This document shows positions 10,270 to 22,104 of a stretch of 32,000 bases of DNA, piece after piece. This DNA comes from Zygophlyctis sp. KS116. Taxonomy: Eukaryota > Fungi > Chytridiomycota. A model generated the notes under the pieces. The model was given only the letters and a program-made list of their open reading frames with translations. It ran no database searches and was not told the origin of the DNA. Both the position numbers and the translations under genes were made by a program. Within the stretch, counting starts at the first letter, position 1, and each line of letters begins with the position of its first letter. The stretch spans positions 13,756 through 45,755 of the forward strand of contig BAAFSQ010000064.1 of assembly GCA_054661495.1 (NCBI GenBank), given 5' to 3'.

Positions 10270-12032
10270 CTAGATCAACTCTGAGTTTCCAATAAGCGAG
10301 GCTGACTCAGGATCAGAATATCCAGTCCACCTTCGAGAATCTACACTGTCATCATGTCTGCTTTGAAAAGTTTCATAATCTGATTCATTATCTTGATCCT
10401 GCTTCTTTAAATTGAATGACAAACCCGATAAGAGCTGAAATCCTATTCCTTGGTTTTGCGGCTTTTCAATTCTGATATATGAGTCTTCTTTTGAGCTCTG
10501 TCCCTCAACAACATTCCTCCTTTGATCCCCCGAGTTCTCCCTGACTTCTGAGTTCGATTTGTATAATCTCTTTAGCTCAGCCTTTTTTTCATATCTTCCT
10601 ACACGATTTTCAATTTTTTGTACTGTGACTGACCATTGATCAAAAGCACTTTCAGCAAGCATAGCGAGAAAGAATGTGGATGATGCTATTCCAAAAAACA
10701 CATACCATATAAAAACACTCCTCGAGACCATGCCACAGAGAATATAATCTCCAAACCCTGTAAATTAAATTTCGTATCAGCTTTTACCAATCGTAAATAG
10801 CGAAGTTACTGCAAAATAAATCCCTTCAAAAAAATCCCATCCTTCAACAAACGCAAAAAAACCACCAAAAATTAAAACATGAAGAATTTCAAAAAGAAGG
10901 GCAAACCAAATCTGAACCGAGATGGTTTTCCTAGTCATTCTTTGAATCTCCTTCTTTTTTAATTGATCACCACCAACAACTGTTAAAGATGGAAAATGGT
11001 CACCTCTAGACACGACCAATGTCTTCCTACGCCTTCCCAGGAATTGAAAGTCTGATCTGTCTTCATCAAGAGAGCTCCGTTCCTTTTGTTTATCTTTACT
11101 AGATCCTAATTCTTTTTCAACATGACTCAATTCTCCATCTGAAGACCTTCTATGATGCTCCAGTACATTTTCATGTAATATTTCGAGGGAATCTGAATCT
11201 TTACGCAAATTTAAAAATTGCGAGTACTGACCAGCAAGTTTCAATGCAAAATATTCCAAAAAAACATGTCAAACTTTTAAAATAATAAAATCATACCTTA
11301 CTGCCCAAATTGTAGCCCCAAACAAGGCAATACCAGGCAAAGCAAATCCCATTAACAATACTTTCCCAATAGTAGTTTTTGGAGCAATATCTCCATACCC
11401 AATCGTAGTTAATGTAGAAACTACCCAATACAAGGAATTATAAAAACTCCAACCTTCAATCCAACAAAACGTTTCAGCCATTACAATCATAAAAACCATT
11501 GATGATATTATAAGTAGAATTAATTGCCTATATGACACTGATAGATCCATTAAATAATTATAATGATCTAATCTTAAATTCCTTTCCTGTATTTGTAATA
11601 AAAGTGCCACTGTCCAAAAAGAAAAAAATATTACTAAACCTGTATATATCGGAGCCTCTGTCATTACTAAATCCTCTGAAACCCAAGAATATTGAACCAT
11701 AAACAATAATAACGCCCAACCAGAGAAAACCCCCTGAGCCACTGTTAAAATAACAATAATGCGAGTCAGCGCCTTAATCTTTTTTTCCAAAAGCAATCTA
11801 AAAAACAGCAAAAGAGTACTTGCAATCCCAGCCGCAGTAGAAATTATTACCAATTTCTTAATGATGGGATCCATTACATACTGAATATCCTGATCACCAG
11901 CACAATGATTAAAAAACGAATGCGACGCTAGCCATCCTGGGATCCTTGCGCATAAAATCTATTATTAAATTTTAGAATACTTACATTTAGGAATGCAGCG
12001 AGGGGAAGAAATAAAATTGACTCTGGACTCAT
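10270..12032 (-). CDS. TOK1: Two-pore-domain outward-rectifier potassium channel (TOK family)
   Basis: Two selectivity filters, TTIGYGD and FTIGFGD (the latter across intron 10758-10787), with extra N-terminal TM helices. Further introns at 11959-11984 and 11270-11296; the latter requires a TG acceptor. Confidence 0.88.
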
Positions 12033-12060
12033 TTGACAGCGTAGGGCAGTTGAAAAAGTA

Positions 12061-14664
12061 ATGTCAACCCTGTCGTCGCTTTACCAAGAGTCCAAAAGAC
12101 TCACTACACACATCTCGCCAGAGAGTAATTTACCAAGTCTAGATAAATCTCTGGATTTGATTTCTGCCTCTGTAAAGAAATTGTCAAAATCTTCATTTTC
12201 TACAACTTTACATCCAAAAACAACTTATTTACTCGCGGAAAAAGGTTTTGATCCGGCAAAGTTACAGAATTCTTTGGCTCAAATTCAGGTCTCGACCGCT
12301 TTTGAACCATTGGAATCATGTCTGGATACAGACTTGGAATCTTTTCTTAGAAATGAACACGATACTCTCATTTCTTGCGCTTTACAGGAATCTAGAAATG
12401 CGAATATAAAGTCTTGTGAGTCAATGTTTGAAAGGAAAATGATTCAGGATTGGGATAATAGGAAAAGGGAAATTTTAAATGTTTCATTAAATAAGAAATA
12501 TTCTAAAGGTAAGTTGGAAAATACTAAATAATAGAGTCTGGAATCATTTCAGAAAAGGAAAAGGCTTTTGCTTCTATTGTGACTGAATTTAATACCTCTA
12601 GACTAATTGATGGAGATGGGATAAAGCTTTTGGAAATGTTTAAACAAGCGGCAAGTAAAGTTACAGTTCAGGATTCAGAACAGGATTTGATACTAAAATG
12701 TTGGGATTTGCTAATTATACTGTTTTCGTAAGATTTTATTCTTGATTTTTAGAAAATCAGGAAAATTGACTGAATCTGAATTAAAGAATAATTCTAGAAA
12801 ATGGTTGGAAAATTCTTACTTGGAATGGTTAAAGAATCATGTAAGAGGAAGAAAAATGCAAATTGGAGGTATTCCAAGTGTTCATATGGAAATTGATGCA
12901 ATGATTCGTCTAAGGTTTAAGAGAAATGATATTTGGTCTGTACAATGGTTAGATACAAGTACAGTGTCAGATCAGGCTTTTTGGGCTCATGTTTTTCTTT
13001 TAGTAAGATGTGGTTTGACTCGGGAGGCGCTAGATTATGTTAAAATTCATCAAAAGAGTTTGGATAACACTACTGATCGTTATTTTGGGACTTATCTCTC
13101 TGCTTGGATATCTTCTAAAGATGGTAGTTTGCCAAAGAATTTAAGTGATCGATTATTGACAGAATGGAATGGGCATATAAGAGATATACTGGCAGATTCA
13201 AGGTTGCCTCCACGGGGTGATGTGTTCAAGTTTACTCTTTATAAAATTATTGGTCAATGTGAAATGAATTCTAAAAATGTGAAATGTGATGCTGTGATTT
13301 CTAGCACTGATGATTATTTATGGTTGCAGTTAATGCTTGTTAGACCTAGCAATCGGTCAGATCCACCTTATCAGAGATATACAATGAAGGATTTTGCTGC
13401 TAAAATGGTCAGTTATGGGGCCTCTTACTTTAAATCTACATCCATTTATTATATGGTTCTCTTACTTTGTGGAGAATTTGAAAGAGCTGTTGAGCTCTTG
13501 TCTAAAGATCCTGCATTTGCGGTTGAAGCCCTTCATGTGGCTATTGCTCTTGTGTATCTTTATGTTTTAAGAGTTCCAGAGGATCCTACCTTGTCTAATC
13601 TCACCGGAAGTCTTCTCAATGTACATCCTGCTCCAATCAATGGAGATGCCTCAGGAAATGAACTTGTAACTTTTGATTTTGCTCGTTTTGTACAGTCATT
13701 TGTTAGGAGATGGGCCCGCTCAAACCCATTGGATGCTCTTCAGTACTTGTATACTTTAGGGCTTTTGGGTGGTAATGTATCTGGTCCCCAGAGCGCTAGC
13801 TCTCAGAAAGCCTACACTGCCATTCTTCATGCTGGAATCCGTGATGTAATTCTATGTGCTGAAACTTTTACACCTATATTAGGAGAAATTAGACCTGATG
13901 GTACTCGTAGTCTTGGTGAGCTCGAAAAGTTTAAGTCTCTCATCCATATTAAGACTTCTGAAGAATTGGCAGATAGGATCATTTTGCCAGCTGCCCAAGC
14001 GGCTGAAACAAATGGTATACCAGCTCAAGGGGAAGATCTATTTGCAAAAACGGTTCAGCTTTATCATTTGTCAGGCCGTTATGAGTATGTTGTTACTCTA
14101 CTAAATCGCAAACTGAGCGAGTCATTATGTAGCCATCAATATTTCACATCATCTATTGCTGAAATTGCAGACCTCAAAAGCTCATTTCCAACCCAGTCAA
14201 AGAACATTGTTGAATTATCAAAGCAGTTAGTTTCTTTTTACCGTTCTCGATCTCATCTTTTATCGGGGATTTTACCTAAAGCTCTTGATTCTTGCACTTT
14301 ATTGATTTCTTTGCACAGATTTATGGCTGAAGCCCAGTCAAAACTAGATTTTCAGGCTCTGATATCTCTTGAAAGACTTGATATTCTTCCACTGAATCCA
14401 GAATTGATAATCGTTCAGAGAAAAGTTGACCAGTTTCGAAATATTGATGAAACAATAGCTCGAGTAATTCCAGAAGTTTTAGTTGCTGCCATGACTTGTT
14501 TAGAAAGGCTCTATAATCCCCCAAAAGGAGCCACAAAGGAATCTTCACGAGAATCACTTAAAATGCAAGCCAAAGCTTTATTAATGTTTGCTGGTTGTGT
14601 TCAATATCGTATTTCAGGAGATGTTTTTGCTACATTAAATCGCTTGGATGTCTTGATGATATAA
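12061..14664 (+). CDS. NIC96: Nucleoporin Nic96/Nup93
   Basis: N-terminal LPSLDKSLDLI, YLLAEKGFD and TAFEPLE..DTDLESFLRNEH. Body motifs WAHVFLLVRCG, DVFKFTLYKIIGQC, DYLWLQL, LLLCGEFERAV and EALHVAIAL. Introns 12509-12534 and 12728-12752. Confidence 0.94.
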
Positions 14665-14686
14665 AAAATTAAGTTGAATTTTCAAA

Positions 14687-16138
14687 TCATATTTTATTCT
14701 TCTTAATATATTTGACTGTTTCCCCCTTAAAATATGGACGCAATTTCTTTGGAATTTTGATATCTCCTTCATTTGTTTGATGAGTCTCCAAGATTGAAAT
14801 TATTAATCTTGGTATCGCGGCTGCTGTTCCATTGATTGTGTGAACTAACTCTGTAGCTTTATCCTTTGAATGTTGATTTAAAATGCGCATATTGAGTCTG
14901 CAAGCTTGGAAATCTGTACAATTGGAGGCCGAGGAAATCTTGTAATTTAGAAACTATTATAAATATTACCTCTCCCCATGCTTTCTTACCTGGCATCCAC
15001 GCTTCCATATCTACTTTTTGATATGCTGAGGCACCTAATTCCTCTGAAGGCATATTCAAAATTCTAACTCTTAAATATTAATTGTTTACCTAAAACAAAG
15101 TTCTAATCCCTCATTTATCTCTTTTTGAATGACTACAATTTCATTAAAAAGATCCTGTGACTGATCAGGCCTAGATATACCAAACATTTCAACTTTTGAG
15201 AATTGGTGAACTCTATATAAACCTCTATTATTAGCTCCAGCAAGACCTTCTGCTCTAAACGCCCTTCCAAATCCAGCCATTCTGATTGGTAAGTCTTTTA
15301 AAGTTTCATTTGAATACATTCCAGCCAATGGAAATTCGGCAGTTGCAGTTAAACACATTTGAACATTTTCCTTTTTAGAATGCGAAACAAAATACGTTTG
15401 AGGATCCGTCGTCCTCGGTTTGAAGCCACACGAATCTACTAGATCATAACGAATCACATCTGGTGTTATTACTGGTTTAAAACCATATTTAGAGCATATA
15501 TCTATTGCATATCTTGTAAGAGCTAGTTCTAGCAATGCCCCATCGTTTTTCAGAAAATAAAATGAATTTCCAGCCACTTTCCCTCCTCTATCCATATCTA
15601 TCAAATCATGTAATTTCCCCAATTCCAAATGATCCTTTAGGGTCTGGTTTCCACATATGAGTCTAGGTGTTCCTGAAATTAATATTGTTTGTGCTCTTGA
15701 CTGATCTCCAATTGGAGTAAATGGATGCAATTGATTTGGAATCTGCGTAATTTCTTCTAGTATTTCTTTTTCTAATTTTGAATTTTCTGCTTCCTTTTGA
15801 GATATTTCCTTTTTCAACTCTTTAACTGATTCTAGTTTACCCTTATCACTTGAACCTTGCCCCAGTAGTTGTGAGAGTTTGTTTTTAGATGCTCGTAATG
15901 AGTTTAGCGAGAATGATTCAGCATTCCATTTTTTATACTTTTCTGCCAGATCTTTTACATTAAGCACCACTATATTCCTAGATCTCAGATTGCATTCCAA
16001 TTTCTTTATGTCTGATAATTGTTTTGTGATTGCACCGAGTTGAGAGAGTTTCATCCTTTTCAATCTGAACCCTAAAATCTTCAACACCTTCACAGCGTCA
16101 AGGTCCTGTGTTTTACGAACAAAGTTTGAAAAAAACAT
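14687..16138 (-). CDS. Seryl-tRNA synthetase, probably mitochondrial (DIA4/SARS2-like)
   Basis: Motifs LTATAEFPL, FRAEG..RGLYRVHQFSKVE, ELGASAYQKVDMEAWMPG, EISSASNCTDFQ and HTINGTAAAIPRLII. Introns 15064-15089 and 14939-14969. An alternative ATG lies near 16054. Confidence 0.93.
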
Positions 16139-16161
16139 AGGATTAAATAGATCACTAGACT

Positions 16162-17165
16162 ATGAAAGGACTTGATCGTCATTATAGAATCTACTGGCAA
16201 AAGGGATCACTTAAATCCTGTGACTTTTCTCAATTAGACATAAATGATCAACTTAAACTGATGAATGCAACCATCAAGAGTGAATGGAGTGGCCCAGCAT
16301 CATATGATTTATTATTTATAAAGAAAGTATTACAGGATCTAGAGGGAAAAGAAATTTATGAAGACTGGTATACCCGATATACAGAAATAATGCATGCTGC
16401 AAGTGACAATGATCTGATTTACCGTCATTACTGTCTTCCTATTGCGTCTAAAAACGAACCATTCATCAAACCAGCTATAACTGTTGCTGAAAATGCTGAG
16501 AATATTTATCAAGGACAGACGGGATTAAGAACTTGGGGAGCTTCTTTAGAGGCTATAAATTATCTTTCTCAGAATTCCCAATTAGTAGAGGAAAAAGCTA
16601 TAGGAGAGCTTGGTGCTGGATGTGGATTATTAGGACTATTCATTAAATTATTAGGGGCTAAACAAGTTGTCATGTCTGATGTTGAAGAGTTGATTGATCG
16701 TCTGAATATAAATGTATCTTTAAATAGGGAGAAATTGGGACATTTGGATATAGTAAAGCTTGATTGGGAGAATTTTCAAAGTCTTCCATGGCAATTTCAA
16801 AAGTAAGTGTACATTAAGTAATCCCTAGTTTAAATATTTTAGTTGCAGCAGACGTAATTTACGATCCAATTCTTATTCCACCTCTAGTAAGAGTTATCCG
16901 TATGTTTTTGACACAAAATGAAAAGAATTATTGTCTTTTATCTCAAACTATTCGCCAAGAATCTACAATCAATCTATTTAATCAACTTTGCAAAACTCAA
17001 CACATCTGTATAGAATTGATTCATCAAAAGTTTCCTACCAATGATCAATTTTTTGATTTTAGTGAATTGTTATCTCCTATTCAAATTTATAAATTGACTC
17101 ATGGCTCCCAGCAAACAGAACCTAAACACACTACCATATCAGACTCAAAAGATAACTCTGGATAG
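16162..17165 (+). CDS. Methyltransf_16 protein-lysine methyltransferase, EEF2KMT/Efm3-like
   Basis: Motifs GQTGLRTWGAS, ELGAGCGLLG, VVMSD and LDW. After intron 16803-16828 comes ILVAADVIYDP. Confidence 0.87.
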
Positions 17166-17250
17166 TACTTTGAAATAAATTCTAGAGCTTCATTACAATC
17201 TTAACCTTTGTTGTTTTAAATTAGACATTGATCATTTCTAGTAGATAGAA

Positions 17251-17313
17251 GCGTATCTTGTAAGTTTACAGATACGCAATTTTCTGTAAATGAGCACAGG
17301 TTTTTACAGATAC
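17251..17313. repeat. Double hairpin built from four alternating copies of a TTTACAGA(TAC) motif
   Basis: GCGTATCTTGTAA-GT-TTACAGATACGC (17251-17277) and TCTGTAAA...TTTACAGA (17283-17310). Confidence 0.65.
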
Positions 17314-17459
17314 TCTTCTCTCTTTCGAGAACATTTTAGCTGCCGCAAACTATTTAAATTTTAGTCTCATTGACTCTGCTCTTATCTGATTAAAACAAGG
17401 CCCGCATTCTTGTGTTTCACCATCCAATTCAACCGATTATTGAAACTTTGTCGTTTTAC

Positions 17460-19500
17460 AATCCTTTCTTCCAAGTTTGAAATATCTACAATATAAATTG
17501 TACTTTATGTACACTTTTTGACATACAGAGCATATCCAGTCAGCTTGAAAATTTCCATCAATCAGCAAAGAGTTCGTGGAGAGTTTCGTTAATTGTAACT
17601 ATTGTCAAAAAATGGTCAGCACTCTAAAGAAAGTCTCATCAAAATCTAATCCATAGATTTGAGTGAATCCCCTCGCGCAGAGCCTCGCTTTATAACGGTA
17701 AGCTCCTCGAGCCTGATTGGACTTTATCTTGAACGTCCATCTGCAATCAAACAATTTTCTTCCAGTCGGTAACTTTACCAAATCTCACGAATGATTGTTT
17801 TCTTTGATTGCATCTCAGACTTTATCGCCTCGAGCCATTTATCAGAGTATTTTGACTCCATTGCTTGTTTGTAGGTTTCAGGCTCATTCGAAACCAATTA
17901 CAATCGTCGTTTACTAAACTGTGGTAATCCAAAATGATCCTTCACAGGCGGTACTTCAAATGGTATCCAGTCGTAGTATTTACTTCCGTCTGCACCATTT
18001 TCTTGAACTTCGGTTTCTGTCGTAACAGTTTGTTCGCCCGGCATTACCTGTACATTCGATAATAATTCATCATTTTCATTGTTTGCCATTGATCCTTCAA
18101 TTGGTGAATCAATCCTATCACCACTGTACGATATTTCACGATTTATGCACCCACGGGGTTTCAGCACTAGATTGTGCCTCGCTACTTTGTACCTGGTTCG
18201 TAACTGATCGAGTTACAATTCGAGTGTCTCAATCAACTTGATCATCTAATAAGAATCTTACCTGAATCCACTTCTTGGACAGTATATCATTTGCTCACTT
18301 CACTGTATCCGAAAAATATGCATTTCTCCGTTTTTCTTTTGGAACATGCGCGTAACAAATACATCTTTAGGGTTAGGTTACATTTTTTGGACAGTATATC
18401 ATTTGCTCACTTCACTGTATCGGAAAAATATACATTTCTCCGCTCTCACGCCAAGTTTCGAGCGTTTTTCTTTTGGAACATGCGCTAACCCTTGGACTCC
18501 ACCTTTTTCAGGATCTCCAATGGACTCATCGTATTGTTTCTTTGCGTCATACATCGGTTCCTAACATACGCTGCACATTTCACAGCGTATCCCCAATACG
18601 TTTTCGACAGTTGAGCGCTAACTATCATCGACCTTACAGCGTCCTGTAATGTCCTATGCATTCGCTCTGCAACTCCATTTTTTCGCGGTAAGTATCGGAT
18701 CGAGAATTGGTGAATTACACCTTTCTCCTTGAGGAACTTATCAAATTCCTTTGATGTACGGATCTAAGTATACTTGTCTTCAGCCCTGAATTTTCAGCCT
18801 CATTATATAACTCTAATCTCTATAAACTTCGTGAATACCTCTGATTTTTGTCTAATCAGGTACACAAAACAGTACCTGGAGTAATCATTAATAACGGTAA
18901 CGAAGTACCTATATTCTCTAATCGTGTTTTCTTCGAACGGTCCGCATAAGTATGCACAAGCTCATATCTTCCTGAGCTCTTTGAGTTAGCTCTGCTGAAT
19001 TCGCTTCGGGCCATTTTGCCCTGAATACAACTCGTACAGTTGAGTTTTTCTTTCTCGAGATCATGTCTTCGGATCATCTGTCTAACTAATTCGTGGGCTA
19101 AAGGGTTGTGCCAGAGACATAAATCATCCCCCCTATTCGCTATAGCTAGTACCTACTCATTTTGAGCCGTCACTCTAACCTCTAATTGGTAGAGTCCATA
19201 CTGCTTTCTAGCTGTCGCTATGATCTGATTGCTTTTATCAGATGTCATGCACATATCGTGACTTTATGACCACTTTTACAAAGTTTCCCCACAGATATTA
19301 TACTCAACCCCACCGCTGGTATCAATAACGTGTTATTGCAACTCCAGTTCTCAATATTCCTCGGATTTTACCGGTACCAAGTGCAGTTAGAATTCTGCCA
19401 CTTTCAGCCCGTCTAACTTCCGTTTTCTCTAAAGAAAACTCAGACACGATTCTGGTTGAACCAACCATATGCGACGTTGCACCAGAATCAATAATAAACA
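17460..19500 (-). mobile_element. Degenerate Ty1/copia pol (protease-integrase-RT)
   Basis: Protease FIIDSGATSHMV (~19464-19499), CTSCIQGKMAR..YELVHT and integrase NGVAER-like segment. RT reads ENNHS*DLVKLP..CRWTFKIK..YKARLCARGFTQ. Many stops and frameshifts. Confidence 0.9.
18275..18489. repeat. Direct duplication of an ~85-105 bp copia segment
   Basis: TTGGACAGTATATCATTTGCTCACTTCACTGTATC... occurs at 18275 and 18387. The first copy lacks 22 nt present in the second. Confidence 0.9.
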
Positions 19501-20239
19501 AATAATTTGAAGTCTTATTTATTTGACCTTCAGATTAGGGAGTCCTTTTCCTAAATCTTCTACTCGCCAATTTCGATTTGAATATCAATTTGTCTTTTTC
19601 TGATAGATATTTGAATTTTTCAAATTTCTTATCGCAATATTCAAACCATTTATCCTTTCACCAATCCTTGTAATCCGGATTTCGAATGACTTCTTCATAA
19701 CAGTCTATCCATTTTTTTCCATCCAAAACTTCATCAAAAATAGTTTTGGACTTAATTTCCGGAGGTCTTTTTGTGGATCCCTCATCAACCATAGTGGTCA
19801 CCAGCTCCTCGACCTTCACCTCCTATTTGTAGGGCCATATAAAATGAGTTTGTTCCTTCTGTTTCACATAATCCGAAACCTGAATTCAAAAGTTCCTGAG
19901 GTCTTTTAATTTCCCCTTCCATAACATCAACCATTTCATCGCTTTCTGCGACTGGTTGGGAGCAATCCTCAGAACCATTTTCCAGTTCTATCCAATCTTT
20001 CTGACTTAAGAGCCTAAGATCATCCATGGAAAAGTCTTCGCCCTTCCAACTCTTCAATTTGGAAACGGCGCATTCCAGTTTAATTTTAATCTCTCTACTC
20101 TTTTCATGACCTGATGGTTTTCAGAAAAAGAATTAACCATCAATTGCCTTATCTAGCTGAGAAAGTCCAATTTTCAACTCTCTGCCTGACTTTTGAATTC
20201 GATTCTTTCCAATCCTAACTTCTTCATCATACCTCTATT

Positions 20240-20780
20240 GATCCAGGAACTCCCTTGATAAAGATGTCAGCTAATTGATCCTTGGTTTGACAGGAAGTGA
20301 ATTGAACAAGTTTTTTAGTCTCGTACCACAAGATATCTCATTGGAATGTCTTTCGTACTTTTAGGATCCTCTGGATTCTTTGTCAGGGAAATGCATGCTT
20401 GGTCATCTTCATATAGTGTGACTGTTCCATGTGACTGTCCTAAATCAGATAGTAACTGTTTGAGCCAAACTGCATCATTTGCAGCAGAACCAGCTGCATA
20501 ATATTCTGCTTCTGCATATGATTGTGCAGTGATAGATTGTTTTCCAGAGTACCATGATATAAGTCCGCCTGCAAGAATGAAACCATAACCTTTTCGTGAC
20601 TTGTAGTGTAAATCTCCACCATATGAAGCATCGATATCCTTCTAGCTCCAATTTCATATTATTTCCGTATATGATACCTAGTTCTGAATTCGCTCTTACA
20701 TATTGACAAACATGCTGTAATAGTTCAATGTGGCATTCTTTGGGGGTTTCAAGGAATTGACTTAAGATCATGGTATCACA
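20240..20780 (-). mobile_element. Ty1/copia RT C-terminus / RNase H fragment
   Basis: LSQFLETP..HVCQYV, DASYGGD..GYGFILAGGLISWYSGKQSITAQSYAEAEY and DQLADIF. Confidence 0.88.
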
Positions 20781-20783
20781 AGA

Positions 20784-20940
20784 CAAACGTCCTGTGCTTA
20801 TACTCCAATGCAAAATGGAGTAGCTGAGAGAAATATTCAGACAGATACTAACTCAGGGAATTGCAGCTTGAAATTGTCTTGTTTCCCACACGAATATTGG
20901 CCCCTTGCGTTCGAGACAGCTAACGACACTATCTAGTGCA
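20784..20940 (+). mobile_element. Ty1/copia integrase fragment in the opposite orientation to its neighbours
   Basis: QTSCAYTPMQNGVAERNIQT ... YWPLAFETAN. Confidence 0.8.
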
Positions 20941-20949
20941 TTACCTGAA

Positions 20950-21218
20950 AAATTGAGATAGATTCAGTGAGATCTGGCCTAGATCCCAGCATTGCATACA
21001 TTAGACTTCCTATTATTTTCCTGTATGGGAATTTGCTGTCAATTCTTTAGAATTTGTTCCACCCTTAGGGTGGTATCCTTTGATAGTCTGTAGGTAATGG
21101 ACTTGAGCGTCCTGCTCTGGGAAACCATTCATCATACTCTTCTAGCTTTTGACTTATGTAGACTAGATCCAAGTGTTTTCACTCTTTCATTATAAGCAGT
21201 TGTAACAAATCCTCCCTT
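20950..21218 (-). mobile_element. Ty1/copia RT fragment
   Basis: YISQK ... FPYRKIIGSLMYAMLGSRPDL. Confidence 0.78.
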
Positions 21219-21340
21219 TGATATGATATTACCTGGTTATCTCTACAGTAACTGTATGGTGTACATCCTGTATCGTATACTGTACTTGTACTTTAATCAG
21301 AGAGTAATGAAAATCCAAAATGAATTGAAGATTCTTTATT

Positions 21341-21600
21341 TTAATCTTCTTCTACCAAGTTTCCACTCTTGTCAGTCGTATGAGATCGAGCAATTTTCTT
21401 CCGATAATTGTCACAAAATTCACATTTCTTGTGATTATTCTGAGCATTGACAGCATATTTTGAATTATTCTGAGCATTGATAGCATATTTTGAATTATTC
21501 TGAGCATTGAAAGCACTAGCCAGTTTAGGAGTCGGATCGAACTTAGATTCGTCCACTTTAATTCTTTTGTTTCTTCTTGCATTCCAGAATTTCAAACCTC
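21341..21600 (-). mobile_element. Retrotransposon gag fragment with degenerate zinc knuckle
   Basis: KKCEFCDNYRKKIARSHTTDKS (CX2C..H pattern) in a transposon context. Confidence 0.5.
21434..21515. repeat. 30-bp tandem repeat, ~2.7 copies
   Basis: Unit ATTATTCTGAGCATTGA(C/T)AGCATATTTTGA, encoding NAQNNSKYA(I/V) on the minus strand. Confidence 0.92.
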
Positions 21601-22104
21601 CTTTCTTATCTTTTCGAAATCAAAATGTTCATCTTATAGTTCATTTATTCTCCCCCGCATGTTGTACCAAAAGTCACTTTTTTCGATACTTCATAGTACA
21701 CTGAAATCCTGTATCTAGTATTTGTCTGAGAGAGGGTTAGGAATATTCATTTGATCTTTGCACAATTTTGTAAATCCAGTTGTTTGTCGATCCATATGAA
21801 TACTTGGGTAGGATCCTAACTAACCGGGAATTCTATTTGAGAGAGAATCTGTTGATTCTGAATAACAGGCTGAAAATTCCCATAACCAAAAGTTTCATTA
21901 AGCTTTTTTAGAATTTTCTTAAGTGGCGCAGTCACATCTACTGGGGCATAACCCATCTTTTAGCTTTTATTCCTTCAGCAGGAGATGCTTTAGTGAAAGT
22001 GCCATATGAGTATGTACCCCAAACTTCTCATTCGACTATTCATTGAACTCTCTTCATCCACTCTGTAAAGTTTTACATATAATCACATTCATTTCACTCA
22101 CTCA

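Noticed and set aside
11269-11271. TGA readthrough, selenocysteine or an alternative genetic code in the TOK gene
   Set aside because: The preceding 27 nt begin with a good GTATGA donor and have intron-like size and composition. TGA is a normal stop (SerRS) and Trp is TGG elsewhere.
216-14557. Short antisense or alternate-frame ORFs (e.g. 216-401, 260-532, 4481-4675, 8179-8391, 8276-8497, 13898-14104, 14321-14557)
   Set aside because: They are shadows of well-supported genes and carry no recognisable motifs.
90-17165. Fragmented ORFs read as pseudogenes or programmed frameshifts
   Set aside because: Each break is repaired by a micro-intron that restores conserved motifs.
1-17165. Functional (metabolic or defence) gene cluster
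   Set aside because: The eleven genes have unrelated housekeeping functions; their proximity reflects genome compaction.
21434-21515. 30-bp repeats as a CRISPR array
   Set aside because: The units are head-to-tail with no unique spacers, lie in frame within a gag-like ORF, and sit in a eukaryotic context with no cas genes.
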